Virus record (IMG/VR): IMGVR_UViG_3300026512_000002
Location: 124,001-188,000 of that record
DNA length: 64,000 bases
Direction: 5' to 3' (one strand)
Below the pieces are notes generated by a model that searched no databases, was not told where the DNA came from, and saw nothing but the letters and a program-made list of their open reading frames with translations. The translations under genes and the position numbers were made by a program. Of the stretch, positions 19,320-28,780 are shown one piece after another (within the stretch, counting starts at the first letter, position 1; every line of letters starts with the position of its first letter).

Positions 19320-21101
19320 TTATCTAACAATGCTAGGAGTGTCGATAAGAATTTGTCCTGTTGTTAATAGTAGTCCAATAATACTAAAAGCACTTTCTAA
19401 TATAACCAATTCAGTTAATGTTGGGTTAATAACTGACCAATCTTTATCTTCATATTGCTCCGTCACCATATTATAAACTATATTTTTTTCAATATACATT
19501 TTTTTAATCTCATCGATTCTTGCTAATAACTTATTCTTCACTGGTGCAACACCAATGATATTATCATTCTCAACATGATCGATTGTTATATCATATGCAC
19601 CACTGTTTTCCAACATCATTTTATACGGTGTTGTAAAAGCTACTAACAACCTATTTAGAATATCATTTAATAACTCGTTTCCATCGTTCTTACATTTATC
19701 TATTAAAATAGTCAACGCTTTAATCATACTCAAGTTACCACCAGGAACAATACCTGATTTAACAGCAGCTCTAGTAGCCAATGCTGCATCTTCTACAAGA
19801 TATTCTCTAGCTGTTTTATCTTCAGTTGTGTCACCACCAATATAAATAATAGCAACTTTACCATGTAACTTTTTATAACGTTCTTTTAAATTACCTAAAA
19901 CTTCAGTATAATCAACTTCTTTATCAGTTCTATTAACAATTCTATCTATCTCATCTTGTATTAAATAAAGTCGCTCATCCATTACTTTTTGTTCATAATC
20001 ACCATCGATAAATCTTGCCTGTTTATTAGTTATAACAATTTTTCTACATGTTCCAAATCTATTACTACTCCATGATAGGTTTTTATTATTAGTTATAGAT
20101 CTTAATGGTACTGCATTTAAATAAATTGCTAAATCTTCAAAAATTTCTTTATAGTTAGGTGTCGCTGTTGACATTCTAATTGCAGCTATAGGTAGATTAG
20201 GATTAATGTTTTTATTATGCATCAGAAAATCATTAGTAAAATCATGAGCAAAACCATTAGCTATAAAAATAATAGGTTTTCTTAACCCACCATCTGGTTC
20301 TGTTTGATCATTAATAATATTATATATAAACTTAGTATCCGCACCACTAAAAGTTCCATCATACATAATTATCAATGGTTCATCAAACTCTACGGTTTTT
20401 TTCTTAATATTTGTTATAAAAACAGGGTGTAAATAGCCCATATCTGCAACATAGCCTTCTTTAGACTCATAGTGTGTATCCTTACCTATTGATTTAGTTC
20501 CCATCAATGTAACGCCATTTCCCAATTCTTCATATATTTTACCAATAACATCACCTATTTCAACATCATTGTTTGCTGATATCGTAGCAACATTTTTAAT
20601 ATCGTCAACAGTTACAGTTGGTTTAGATATTTCATTCATAATAGTTTCAGAAATTTCATCTTTTATCTCATTAAGTATTGATAATAACTTGTGGGTCGGT
20701 GTAGTATGTTTTGTTCTCAAATCTTTTAAACTATTATACAATGTGTTGGCAATTATAATTGCAGATGTTGTGCCATCGCCAACTTTAGACATTTGTAAAA
20801 ATGATATTTGTTTAATAGTTTGTAAAACTTTAGCTTCGCCAGGGTTAGCATATTTAATATTGGTTAAGATAGTGTAACCATCTTTAGTAAAATATGTTCC
20901 TTTTAATGGGTCTCCAACCATAGTGTTTAACCCGAATGGTCCTAGTGAACTACCTACACTTGTTGTTATCTCATTAAGAGATTTTTCAATAATGTCTGTT
21001 GATTGTTTATAATCTAAAATATTTGTTGTTAAACCTTCTTCTTTTAGCATATTTTTGTTTCTATCTAAAAAATCTTGACTATATGGTACTGCGTATGTCA
21101 T
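19320..21101 (-). CDS. groEL: GroEL-like phage chaperonin
   Basis: SLGPFG, TKDGYT, VGDGTTSA, ATISANND, EDAALATRAA and VPGG motifs; start MTYAVPY at 21101 with GGAGGT RBS; no GGM tail. Confidence 0.93.
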   Translation of the reverse strand: MTYAVPYSQDFLDRNKNMLKEEGLTTNILDYKQSTDIIEKSLNEITTSVGSSLGPFGLNTMVGDPLKGTYFTKDGYTILTNIKYANPGEAKVLQTIKQISFLQMSKVGDGTTSAIIIANTLYNSLKDLRTKHTTPTHKLLSILNEIKDEISETIMNEISKPTVTVDDIKNVATISANNDVEIGDVIGKIYEELGNGVTLMGTKSIGKDTHYESKEGYVADMGYLHPVFITNIKKKTVEFDEPLIIMYDGTFSGADTKFIYNIINDQTEPDGGLRKPIIFIANGFAHDFTNDFLMHNKNINPNLPIAAIRMSTATPNYKEIFEDLAIYLNAVPLRSITNNKNLSWSSNRFGTCRKIVITNKQARFIDGDYEQKVMDERLYLIQDEIDRIVNRTDKEVDYTEVLGNLKERYKKLHGKVAIIYIGGDTTEDKTAREYLVEDAALATRAAVKSGIVPGGNLSMIKALTILIDKCKNDGNELLNDILNRLLVAFTTPYKMMLENSGAYDITIDHVENDNIIGVAPVKNKLLARIDEIKKMYIEKNIVYNMVTEQYEDKDWSVINPTLTELVILESAFSIIGLLLTTGQILIDTPSIVR

Positions 21102-21111
21102 AACACCTCCT

Positions 21112-21375
21112 TTAATTTTGTTCGACACCATTTAATAATAATTTTTCATCATCTTCTGTTTTTTCAGGATGCTGTATTCTCATAAACGATTTATACATGT
21201 TATCTAACATGAACATATCGTATTTGTACATAATATCATTCAGCGGTACAGTTTTATCCATACCTAAATAGAAACCCATAATCTCATCCATAGTTGAGGC
21301 ATACTCTTCATTAACAGCTTCGCTTTTCTCAACATATGTTGTATCTAGATTAAAAGGTTTCATCGATGACCCCAT
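21112..21375 (-). CDS. Small ORF overlapping the chaperone gene; probable frameshift extension
   Basis: In the +1 frame relative to 21350..22771 and overlapping its stop at TTT-TAA. Confidence 0.5.
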   Translation of the reverse strand: MGSSMKPFNLDTTYVEKSEAVNEEYASTMDEIMGFYLGMDKTVPLNDIMYKYDMFMLDNMYKSFMRIQHPEKTEDDEKLLLNGVEQN

Positions 21376-22771
21376 CGAGGAGGCCTAAGACATTAATCCA
21401 CCTATTGCCTATGACCTCCCCGCAACTCCCACATTTAATTTCAGGTGTACCTATATGTACATCATATTTATTAGAAAACTCTTCAATAGCTACATCAATT
21501 TTATCAATATCGGTGGTGGATGTGATATTATGATAATAATTGTAAATTTCTTCAATATTTGTATCAGCTATAAATTCTAAGTCGCCAGTATTTTTTAATA
21601 ATTCTATATTTGGGTATAGAATGTTTTTAGTCATCATTGCTATTTGTAATATATGTGCATAATCAGCATATTGTTCATCAGTTGCAACACTAAGTATTTC
21701 TAACCTATCTTGTAATGAAGGTATTCTGATTTCTGAAACAACACCATCAGTTAATAGTATTTTCTCAGTCTGTGCCATTGGAGAATCCTTTAATAATTTA
21801 ACGGTATCTTTCTCACTATATAATAATTCTCTAAATTTATCATATGTCTCATCATTTTTTATTTGTAATAATTCATCTACTTTAAGTGACATTTCAGTTT
21901 CATTACCACAAACTTGTTTAATTTTCTGACCTTTATTATCAGGATCATCTTTTTCAACAATACTGTTACATGTTACTGTTATAGGTAGTTTATCAACAAT
22001 ACTGTTAACAATAAGACCATGTACCAACATAGGTTCATCTAGAAAACTAGTGATCTTTAACCAATCTTCAAAAGAAGGTTTACCGTTTTTATAACCAACA
22101 ATATTACTATTTACAATAGCATCCCAAATGATTTTGTATAGTATTTCTTTTTGATGATGTTCTGATTCGCTTCTAGCTGATTTAATTGTTAATTTTTCAG
22201 CAAATGTTATAGGTCTCACATCAACAACATACCCAGAATTAAATAACACTATTTTTTTTGTTTTAGTCATATATTTAATTTTAGTTTCTTTTACTCTTGA
22301 TAATATTTGTTTAGCTTTATCATCAATAGGGTTTTTAATAACCATATTATCAAGATTTAGTTTTTGTGCTATTAATTTAGATAAATCATCATTGGTAAAA
22401 GATCTTTCCTTTTTTATAATTGGTTTTGGTTGCTGTACATTACTTACTTCTTTTAAAGGGTTCTTTTTTTCAACAGCATGTGCCACATTTCGTTGTACTG
22501 TGGTGTTTTGAATATTGGCAGTATCTGGTTCGGTTACATGTTCTATTTTGGTATCATTGTCAGTACTAACTCCTAATGGTGACTCAATCTCTTGTCCAGG
22601 TTGTTGTTCTATTGTTGTTTTAATTGAGTCCAATCTTTCCCTACTACTAATTTCACCGGTGTTTTGGGTCTGTTCTTGTCGTGTTAACACAGGTGTGTTG
22701 GTCTCAATCACCTTATCCCAACCACTTACGCTTGTTGTTTCTTTCGCATTGTTTTTTTTAATTTCGTCCAT
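21350..22771 (-). CDS. Tail/baseplate assembly chaperone with Zn fingers (T4 gp26/gp51-like)
   Basis: VDVRPITFAEK; VTC...VCGNE; EIRIPS..D; KCGSCG near the C-terminus; lies downstream of the gp25-like gene. Confidence 0.6.
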   Translation of the reverse strand: MDEIKKNNAKETTSVSGWDKVIETNTPVLTRQEQTQNTGEISSRERLDSIKTTIEQQPGQEIESPLGVSTDNDTKIEHVTEPDTANIQNTTVQRNVAHAVEKKNPLKEVSNVQQPKPIIKKERSFTNDDLSKLIAQKLNLDNMVIKNPIDDKAKQILSRVKETKIKYMTKTKKIVLFNSGYVVDVRPITFAEKLTIKSARSESEHHQKEILYKIIWDAIVNSNIVGYKNGKPSFEDWLKITSFLDEPMLVHGLIVNSIVDKLPITVTCNSIVEKDDPDNKGQKIKQVCGNETEMSLKVDELLQIKNDETYDKFRELLYSEKDTVKLLKDSPMAQTEKILLTDGVVSEIRIPSLQDRLEILSVATDEQYADYAHILQIAMMTKNILYPNIELLKNTGDLEFIADTNIEEIYNYYHNITSTTDIDKIDVAIEEFSNKYDVHIGTPEIKCGSCGEVIGNRWINVLGLLDGVIDETF

Positions 22772-22792
22772 ATCACATACTCCTTTAAGATG

Positions 22793-23203
22793 TTATATTG
22801 TTTTATGTATAAATGCACTAATACCATTAGATATATTATTGTTGAATCTAAAATCAACCCCATATTGTGTAATATCATCTTTTACGTTATATACGATGCT
22901 CATTATAACCAAACCATTAATATTATCATCTTTTTTTATCGATATCGTAACTGTTCTCAATATTGGGATCTCATCCAAAAAAATATTAGAGATACTTCTA
23001 CTCAGTTCATCTAACACATCGTTTGTCAAGGTATTAAATTGATAATCTTGCAACCCTATACCGATAGAGCTAAACGGATATGCTTCACCAGCTAAAACTA
23101 TTATTATATGATACATTTGCACTAATGCTGTTTTAGCATGATTCAGAATGATACTGTTACCGTAATCATCTACATCTAGTGTCAATTCATTGTAAATATT
23201 CAT
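22793..23203 (-). CDS. Baseplate wedge / sheath-initiator protein (gp25-like)
   Basis: 136 aa; II...GEAYPF.SIGIGL.DYQF resembles the gp25 motif G.rpf.p.fG.gl..ylF. Confidence 0.65.
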   Translation of the reverse strand: MNIYNELTLDVDDYGNSIILNHAKTALVQMYHIIIVLAGEAYPFSSIGIGLQDYQFNTLTNDVLDELSRSISNIFLDEIPILRTVTISIKKDDNINGLVIMSIVYNVKDDITQYGVDFRFNNNISNGISAFIHKTI

Positions 23204-23215
23204 ACAACTCCATTA

Positions 23216-25636
23216 CTATACTATTAGAACATCAGGAGTGTCTAAAATACTATCTTTTTTAGGCACACTGTCAATATGACCAGCTATTATAAACTGTAAA
23301 TCATTATTATATATAATGTTATTTTGATATTTTATCTTCAAAATCTCAAATTTATGATATATGTCACCTATAGCTACATATATATGATCACTGGTTCTAT
23401 GTAATAAACTACCAGCATAATATGAGGCATAATTGTCCACACCATCCGATAATTTAAATATTATGATATCGCCAATACTGATGTCTTCTATGTTATCGAT
23501 TTTATTAAAATTGGTGGGTTTGTAGTATATGGTTCTATAATTACTAACTGACATTACTTGACCATATGTCAACACCATGTATATGTAGTATGGTGATAAC
23601 ATCCATGTTAACTGATATGAATCACGGATATCATTTCGAGTTAATGCTCCTGATTTCAACCATAACCAAACAATAATGATACTATCCCAACGTTTATTCA
23701 TATCAATTATATCTAAATTTTTTAAAATTGGTGTGATATCAGTTAGTTTATTTTGAAGCATACTGATACCTACGAATAGTTCTGGAATAGAACTTGTATG
23801 ATTTAAGTCTATTGGATATTTTGGATCCTCCCCTAATATGGGTGTTATCTCATTTTTTGATGTAGTCGATATTCTAATAGTACCACTATATATACTGATA
23901 TCAATATCAGTGTTATCATATAATATATTTTTACTCTCTAATATATCTTTATAGGCTACTAATGATGTACCGGTATTAATATAGTTTAAACCATAATTAG
24001 ATATAGTAATGTTTGATAGTTCAGGAATATTTTCTTTTAATTCATTTAATTTTACAAAAAGCCTATAATCTGATATTTTATTTATCTGATTCATTCTAAG
24101 GTTACTCATTAATAACATTGTAGGCTCATTATAACTGTTTGGGTTAAGTTGTAAATCCGATACTACTATTTGTTTATCAGCATTCTTGACAATTGTTTTA
24201 TTATCAATATAGTGTTGGTTAAATAACATTTCACGATGATCATATGTCAATTCTTCAACAACTTTTGTTAGTTTTAACATGACTCTTGGAATCAATGGTT
24301 TTATTTGATTAAATATATCATATAATAGAACCTTTTCAGTTATTTTATATTTACCATTATATAGTTTACCAATATTTTTATCATCATAATGAACATATAC
24401 ATGTTTGTTAAATGAAAACATATCCATATCAACATTTTCAACATTGATCAACATATTAAATGTTTTATCATTATATTCAGATATTATTCTAGTTTCAAAA
24501 AAAATACTATCATTTTGTTTCAATATTGTTTTTTTACGAAACGCTTTTTTACTAAGATTATATTCTTGTAGGTTTTTAGGTAAACGAACATCTACGACAT
24601 ATCCTTTATATGATACTTCTAAGCTATCACCATACAATTCTTTTGTAGAAGCTATTGTATTTATAATCTGAACACTATCTTCTGCTATAGGACAATATAT
24701 AGGTTTATTTGTTGTTGTCGTAACATCCCCTATTAAAAAACCTCTAGGGATTTTATATGTTGCAGCAGTATCCTTGCTCATTATTTCGAAATGGATATCA
24801 TAATCATCACGCCCTAATTCTTTTTGACTATCACATAATGTTAAATATTTACCATCAACATAATATTTATGTCCAAATATATATGTTCCTACATTGTTTT
24901 GTAGCTCGTTTAGCATATTATTAAAGTCACTATTATATAAATTTATAGTGGGTTGTCTGTTAGTGTTATCTACTGGTTGAGTTTTAATAACTAATTCGTT
25001 TAACTTATACGAACATTTTTTCACAACATCTTTAATAACCTCACCAACAGTAACAGCATTTCTATTAACAGAAAACGTTTTACGGTTATATAATAAAGCA
25101 TCTTTAACAACTAGCGATAAACTCAACATATAGCTATATGAATTATCGTCCACAATATTAGAAACTACAACATCTTGCTCATTGATAGGGTTTATGTTTA
25201 TCAAATCAACTAATACTAACTTAACATCATTATATGGTTTCTTTCCAAATATTCTAGTTGTACTATCAGAAGTTGTATTCAGGATATCATATATTGAACC
25301 ATACCCTATGGGTAAGTTTTGTTTATTTACAATATTTCGATCTATGTTTAGTTCAAAATATAAACTATCTTTCATAGTTGTATATGAACGATATACATCA
25401 TGTGCTATTTTATTAGACGTTCTGAGTTTAATATTAATAAGACTCATAAATGATGTACTATAATTATTAGTAATCTGAATTGAATCCAGATATTTTGTTA
25501 AATCAACATACTTGTTAGTATGTGGGTTAAAATATTTGAAACGTATATCATCGTTAGCAGCATATGCTTTTAATGATGATATATTTGGTATACTATTATT
25601 TATTTTAGAATAATCAATTAATTGTATTGGTTTCAT
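23216..25636 (-). CDS. Baseplate hub protein (gp27/gpD-like) with a degenerate C-terminal CHAP-like domain
   Basis: Hub-type TVGEVIKDVV...PVDNT...LNELQ..VGTY and LYNGKYKITEK; C-terminal W-D-S...W....SG and GDIIIF...; adjacent to the gp25-like gene. Confidence 0.55.
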   Translation of the reverse strand: MKPIQLIDYSKINNSIPNISSLKAYAANDDIRFKYFNPHTNKYVDLTKYLDSIQITNNYSTSFMSLINIKLRTSNKIAHDVYRSYTTMKDSLYFELNIDRNIVNKQNLPIGYGSIYDILNTTSDSTTRIFGKKPYNDVKLVLVDLININPINEQDVVVSNIVDDNSYSYMLSLSLVVKDALLYNRKTFSVNRNAVTVGEVIKDVVKKCSYKLNELVIKTQPVDNTNRQPTINLYNSDFNNMLNELQNNVGTYIFGHKYYVDGKYLTLCDSQKELGRDDYDIHFEIMSKDTAATYKIPRGFLIGDVTTTTNKPIYCPIAEDSVQIINTIASTKELYGDSLEVSYKGYVVDVRLPKNLQEYNLSKKAFRKKTILKQNDSIFFETRIISEYNDKTFNMLINVENVDMDMFSFNKHVYVHYDDKNIGKLYNGKYKITEKVLLYDIFNQIKPLIPRVMLKLTKVVEELTYDHREMLFNQHYIDNKTIVKNADKQIVVSDLQLNPNSYNEPTMLLMSNLRMNQINKISDYRLFVKLNELKENIPELSNITISNYGLNYINTGTSLVAYKDILESKNILYDNTDIDISIYSGTIRISTTSKNEITPILGEDPKYPIDLNHTSSIPELFVGISMLQNKLTDITPILKNLDIIDMNKRWDSIIIVWLWLKSGALTRNDIRDSYQLTWMLSPYYIYMVLTYGQVMSVSNYRTIYYKPTNFNKIDNIEDISIGDIIIFKLSDGVDNYASYYAGSLLHRTSDHIYVAIGDIYHKFEILKIKYQNNIIYNNDLQFIIAGHIDSVPKKDSILDTPDVLIV

Positions 25637-25683
25637 TACAAATCCCTATATATACTTATTATATTGTTTTAAAGGTATTTTTC

Positions 25684-27519
25684 TTATTCGTATAATGATT
25701 CTATCATTGACGGTTTTTTATTCATATAGAAACGAGGATCATCTAATTGTTTTTTCAATTTCTCAAAACTGAAGCCAACAAACTGAGATTTGGTTTTAAT
25801 AGCTTCTGATAATCTTAATATACTATAGTCGTCAACAGTTATGTCTGGACTACTTAAATCTATATCACGATATATGTCACCACTATCCCTAATCATCATA
25901 CTGACTAACAATTCAACATGTGAGCTAACAATATCAATACCGTTCAATTCTATTAATTGTAGCAAATTGTTATAGTATGTCGAAAAATCTCCATCTAATA
26001 AATCGTTTTTACGATCAAATAAATATAACAACATATCTAGTGATTCTGATATTTCTTGATTATGAACTATAAATGTGAAAACAATTTTATTTAAAGTATC
26101 ACCGGTTATCACAATATCTTCATGTTCTATTGTGTCAAATTGGATATTTGCTGTTAATTTGACTGGTAAAACTATTTCCTCTTCAACATCTCCATTATGT
26201 AATGAGATAGTCATTGATACAATTTCCATGTGTTCTCGGCCTCTAGCAACATCTTCATTTGTAATAGTTATTGTGAAATCATTGTTATTTGGTATGATGG
26301 TATTATTATCTATATTGAAGTTATTTTTAATGATATCCGGCCATTCAATTTCATTAACATTAATCTTAGACATATGTTTGGTAGACAATATTGTTTGTGT
26401 AAACGGCTCCGTAGTACTTAAAGTTGAAACTATACCAACATGATAATCTTTTGTAACTTCATACATTTTCTTATTACCAAAACATTTTGAGCATACTTTA
26501 TTTTTTGTTTTGTAAGCACATGTGATAGGTGATCTAACACCAACAGTTGTGCCTATTAAATCGGTATCATCCATAGTAATATGTTTATCGGTACCTATAA
26601 TATTCTTACCAACTATTGTTTTTAAAATGTTCTCATTTTTCACAAAAATGTTTAAAGGCGTTTCACTACCACAATCACCATAAATAATACTCTCAGTATC
26701 CAATGATAATAGCTCAAATTTCCTTGTTAAATAACCAGCCTTACTAGTACCACCGAATATTAATATTGCGGCTTTACGAGCTGTTTCTGATGCTATATAT
26801 AAATCGCTAGCTGATCTCAGTCCACGTATAAGGGAAGTATTAACAGGTGTCGGTATAACACCCCCCATCATATTGGTTTTGAAACCTTCAACTAAAAAGG
26901 TCTCTTGCAACTGTTTAGGTTTGATACCAACACCACTATGGAGAAAATTCTTTAAACAAGTATCTTCGCTGTTTAAAATACTCAACATTCTATCTAACGC
27001 TATTTTAATTTTCTTTTCAGCTGTGTCTACAGGTTCGTTTGGATCTATATGATAGTCTAGTAGTTTTTTAAATTCTTTATTTCTAAAAGATAAATGTATT
27101 ATATCATATATATTTATAGTTGAACCTATATAGGTATTGGCTTTAGCTGCTAAAGTAGTCAATTCTTGTATTGCTTCTGCTATCAGTTTCTTAACAATAT
27201 ATCTATCTATATCTAAATCTAATAATGGTTGAAGTATATTTTGATCAATATGTTTATCCAATTCTTTAACAGTTGTATCTGTCATAATATTTGTATCAGA
27301 TATACTGATATTGAAATATATAAATGGTTTTAATATTATTAAATTCACATAGTATTGTGATTCTGTTAATTCTAATGTAACATTTTCATTTATTTTTACA
27401 GATACGATGTTGTTCCTTGTTTTAAAATCAATCTGTTTTAAAAATGATTTTATAGTTAGCGTGTACTCATCGTACGTGTCAAACATTAATGATTTTTCGA
27501 TTGGTTTACTGGTAGACAT
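25684..27519 (-). CDS. RNA polymerase beta' subunit, C-terminal half (probable non-virion RNAP)
   Basis: Bridge helix ETARKA...SKAGYLTRKF, DCGS, Zn site VRSPITC...VCSKCFG, trigger loop VGIVS...TEPFTQTILSTKH, SHVELLV and FSFEK; start at 27519 with GGAGG RBS. Confidence 0.92.
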   Translation of the reverse strand: MSTSKPIEKSLMFDTYDEYTLTIKSFLKQIDFKTRNNIVSVKINENVTLELTESQYYVNLIILKPFIYFNISISDTNIMTDTTVKELDKHIDQNILQPLLDLDIDRYIVKKLIAEAIQELTTLAAKANTYIGSTINIYDIIHLSFRNKEFKKLLDYHIDPNEPVDTAEKKIKIALDRMLSILNSEDTCLKNFLHSGVGIKPKQLQETFLVEGFKTNMMGGVIPTPVNTSLIRGLRSASDLYIASETARKAAILIFGGTSKAGYLTRKFELLSLDTESIIYGDCGSETPLNIFVKNENILKTIVGKNIIGTDKHITMDDTDLIGTTVGVRSPITCAYKTKNKVCSKCFGNKKMYEVTKDYHVGIVSTLSTTEPFTQTILSTKHMSKINVNEIEWPDIIKNNFNIDNNTIIPNNNDFTITITNEDVARGREHMEIVSMTISLHNGDVEEEIVLPVKLTANIQFDTIEHEDIVITGDTLNKIVFTFIVHNQEISESLDMLLYLFDRKNDLLDGDFSTYYNNLLQLIELNGIDIVSSHVELLVSMMIRDSGDIYRDIDLSSPDITVDDYSILRLSEAIKTKSQFVGFSFEKLKKQLDDPRFYMNKKPSMIESLYE

Positions 27520-27546
27520 GATGACCTCCATGGTTAAATAATAACC

Positions 27547-27576
27547 ATTAAATCATATTGTACTACTAAATGTCAA
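27547..27576 (-). promoter_or_regulatory. sigma70-like promoter upstream of beta'-C
   Basis: Minus strand TTGACA-N18-TTTAAT with TG at the extended -10 position. Confidence 0.5.
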
Positions 27577-27586
27577 GATAGGTTTT

Positions 27587-27964
27587 TTAATTTTTATGTT
27601 GTTTTCTATTTAAAGCAGCTTTTCTAGCTAAAGCAATACCTTGTGATCTATACTTTTCTCTTAATTCATTTCTAAGGGCAATATACTTTCTTCTAAATAT
27701 AATCATTTTCTTATACTTTATATCACCAGACGCTTTTGCTGCTAATAAAGCTGATCTTAAATTAGAAATTTGTAATTGAGTATTTTTATCAAACCTAACG
27801 ATATTGACTTCATTAATAATATCTTCATATGATACTTCATTGAATATGTTAGGATTTGTTGCTAAAATATCATCAACGATATTTTCCAAGTGAACTATAG
27901 AACCAGTATCAGTAACATTACTATACATTTCTTCTATACTTTTAATAAATTTTTCTTTTTCCAT
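27587..27964 (-). CDS. Small late protein with a basic C-terminal helix (probable virion protein)
   Basis: AACA-N6-TA at 27989-28000; acidic N-half with xxE sites and an Arg/Lys-rich C-half. Confidence 0.55.
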   Translation of the reverse strand: MEKEKFIKSIEEMYSNVTDTGSIVHLENIVDDILATNPNIFNEVSYEDIINEVNIVRFDKNTQLQISNLRSALLAAKASGDIKYKKMIIFRRKYIALRNELREKYRSQGIALARKAALNRKQHKN

Positions 27965-28050
27965 TGTTAACCTCATAAATACATTTATTAATGTAGTGTT
28001 TATCTAGCAATAACCAATGAGGACAATAATATAAATAATGTGGAGATATC

Positions 28051-28761
28051 ATGTACAATAAGACCAAACTCATAACAACACTAGATAATATTTTGTATTT
28101 AACAAATTGGAAACACTACATTTCTTTAATAGATTCTGGATTAACTGACCCAAATTTATTAAAGAAGAGTTTTAAAGATTTCTTAAACACTGATAATGGG
28201 GTGTTAGCCAATTTATATGATTTGAACGAATTAGGTTTAACTCATATGGAATTTATGTCTGTTATGGGAGATGACAACTTTTATAATGACATCGATATGT
28301 TTGCATACAACACTATTGATTTCATAAATCATATAAATGGTAAAGGTGTAAGTGAAGTGATTATTGTAGAATCAATACCGGTGAAATCTATTCGTGACAA
28401 TATTGTTGAGATATTTTCAAACATGATAACAGGTACTGTTAAATTTAGATTTTTCAATACCATTGAACGTAAATTAGATTATATCAAAGCAAATATAAGT
28501 ACTGGTGATATAGTTATGCTTTCAGAACCAATAATCATAGACAGTGTTATAGAAGATATATATGATATAAAACATAGTTTGTTTATACCTATATGGGGTT
28601 GGACTAATAAATATTTAGATACAGTTACCACTAATTCTAATGATACAGATGTTGTTATTCAGATGATTCACGGATATTCATATATAACAGCTGATGCTCC
28701 AAAAACTATAGATGAATATGTGGATGATATAATGGGTGAAAAACCATCAACTATAATATAA
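28051..28761 (+). CDS. Hypothetical protein
   Basis: GGAG RBS; GACA-N6-TA variant at 28022-28033; likely co-transcribed with beta'-N. Confidence 0.6.
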   Translation: MYNKTKLITTLDNILYLTNWKHYISLIDSGLTDPNLLKKSFKDFLNTDNGVLANLYDLNELGLTHMEFMSVMGDDNFYNDIDMFAYNTIDFINHINGKGVSEVIIVESIPVKSIRDNIVEIFSNMITGTVKFRFFNTIERKLDYIKANISTGDIVMLSEPIIIDSVIEDIYDIKHSLFIPIWGWTNKYLDTVTTNSNDTDVVIQMIHGYSYITADAPKTIDEYVDDIMGEKPSTII

Positions 28762-28780
28762 CTATAATAATGGAGTTTAT

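Noticed and set aside
21112-21375. GroES candidate (87 aa, directly upstream of GroEL)
   Set aside because: No GroES signature (PL.DRV, mobile loop, G..V); looks helical and is better explained as a frameshift extension.
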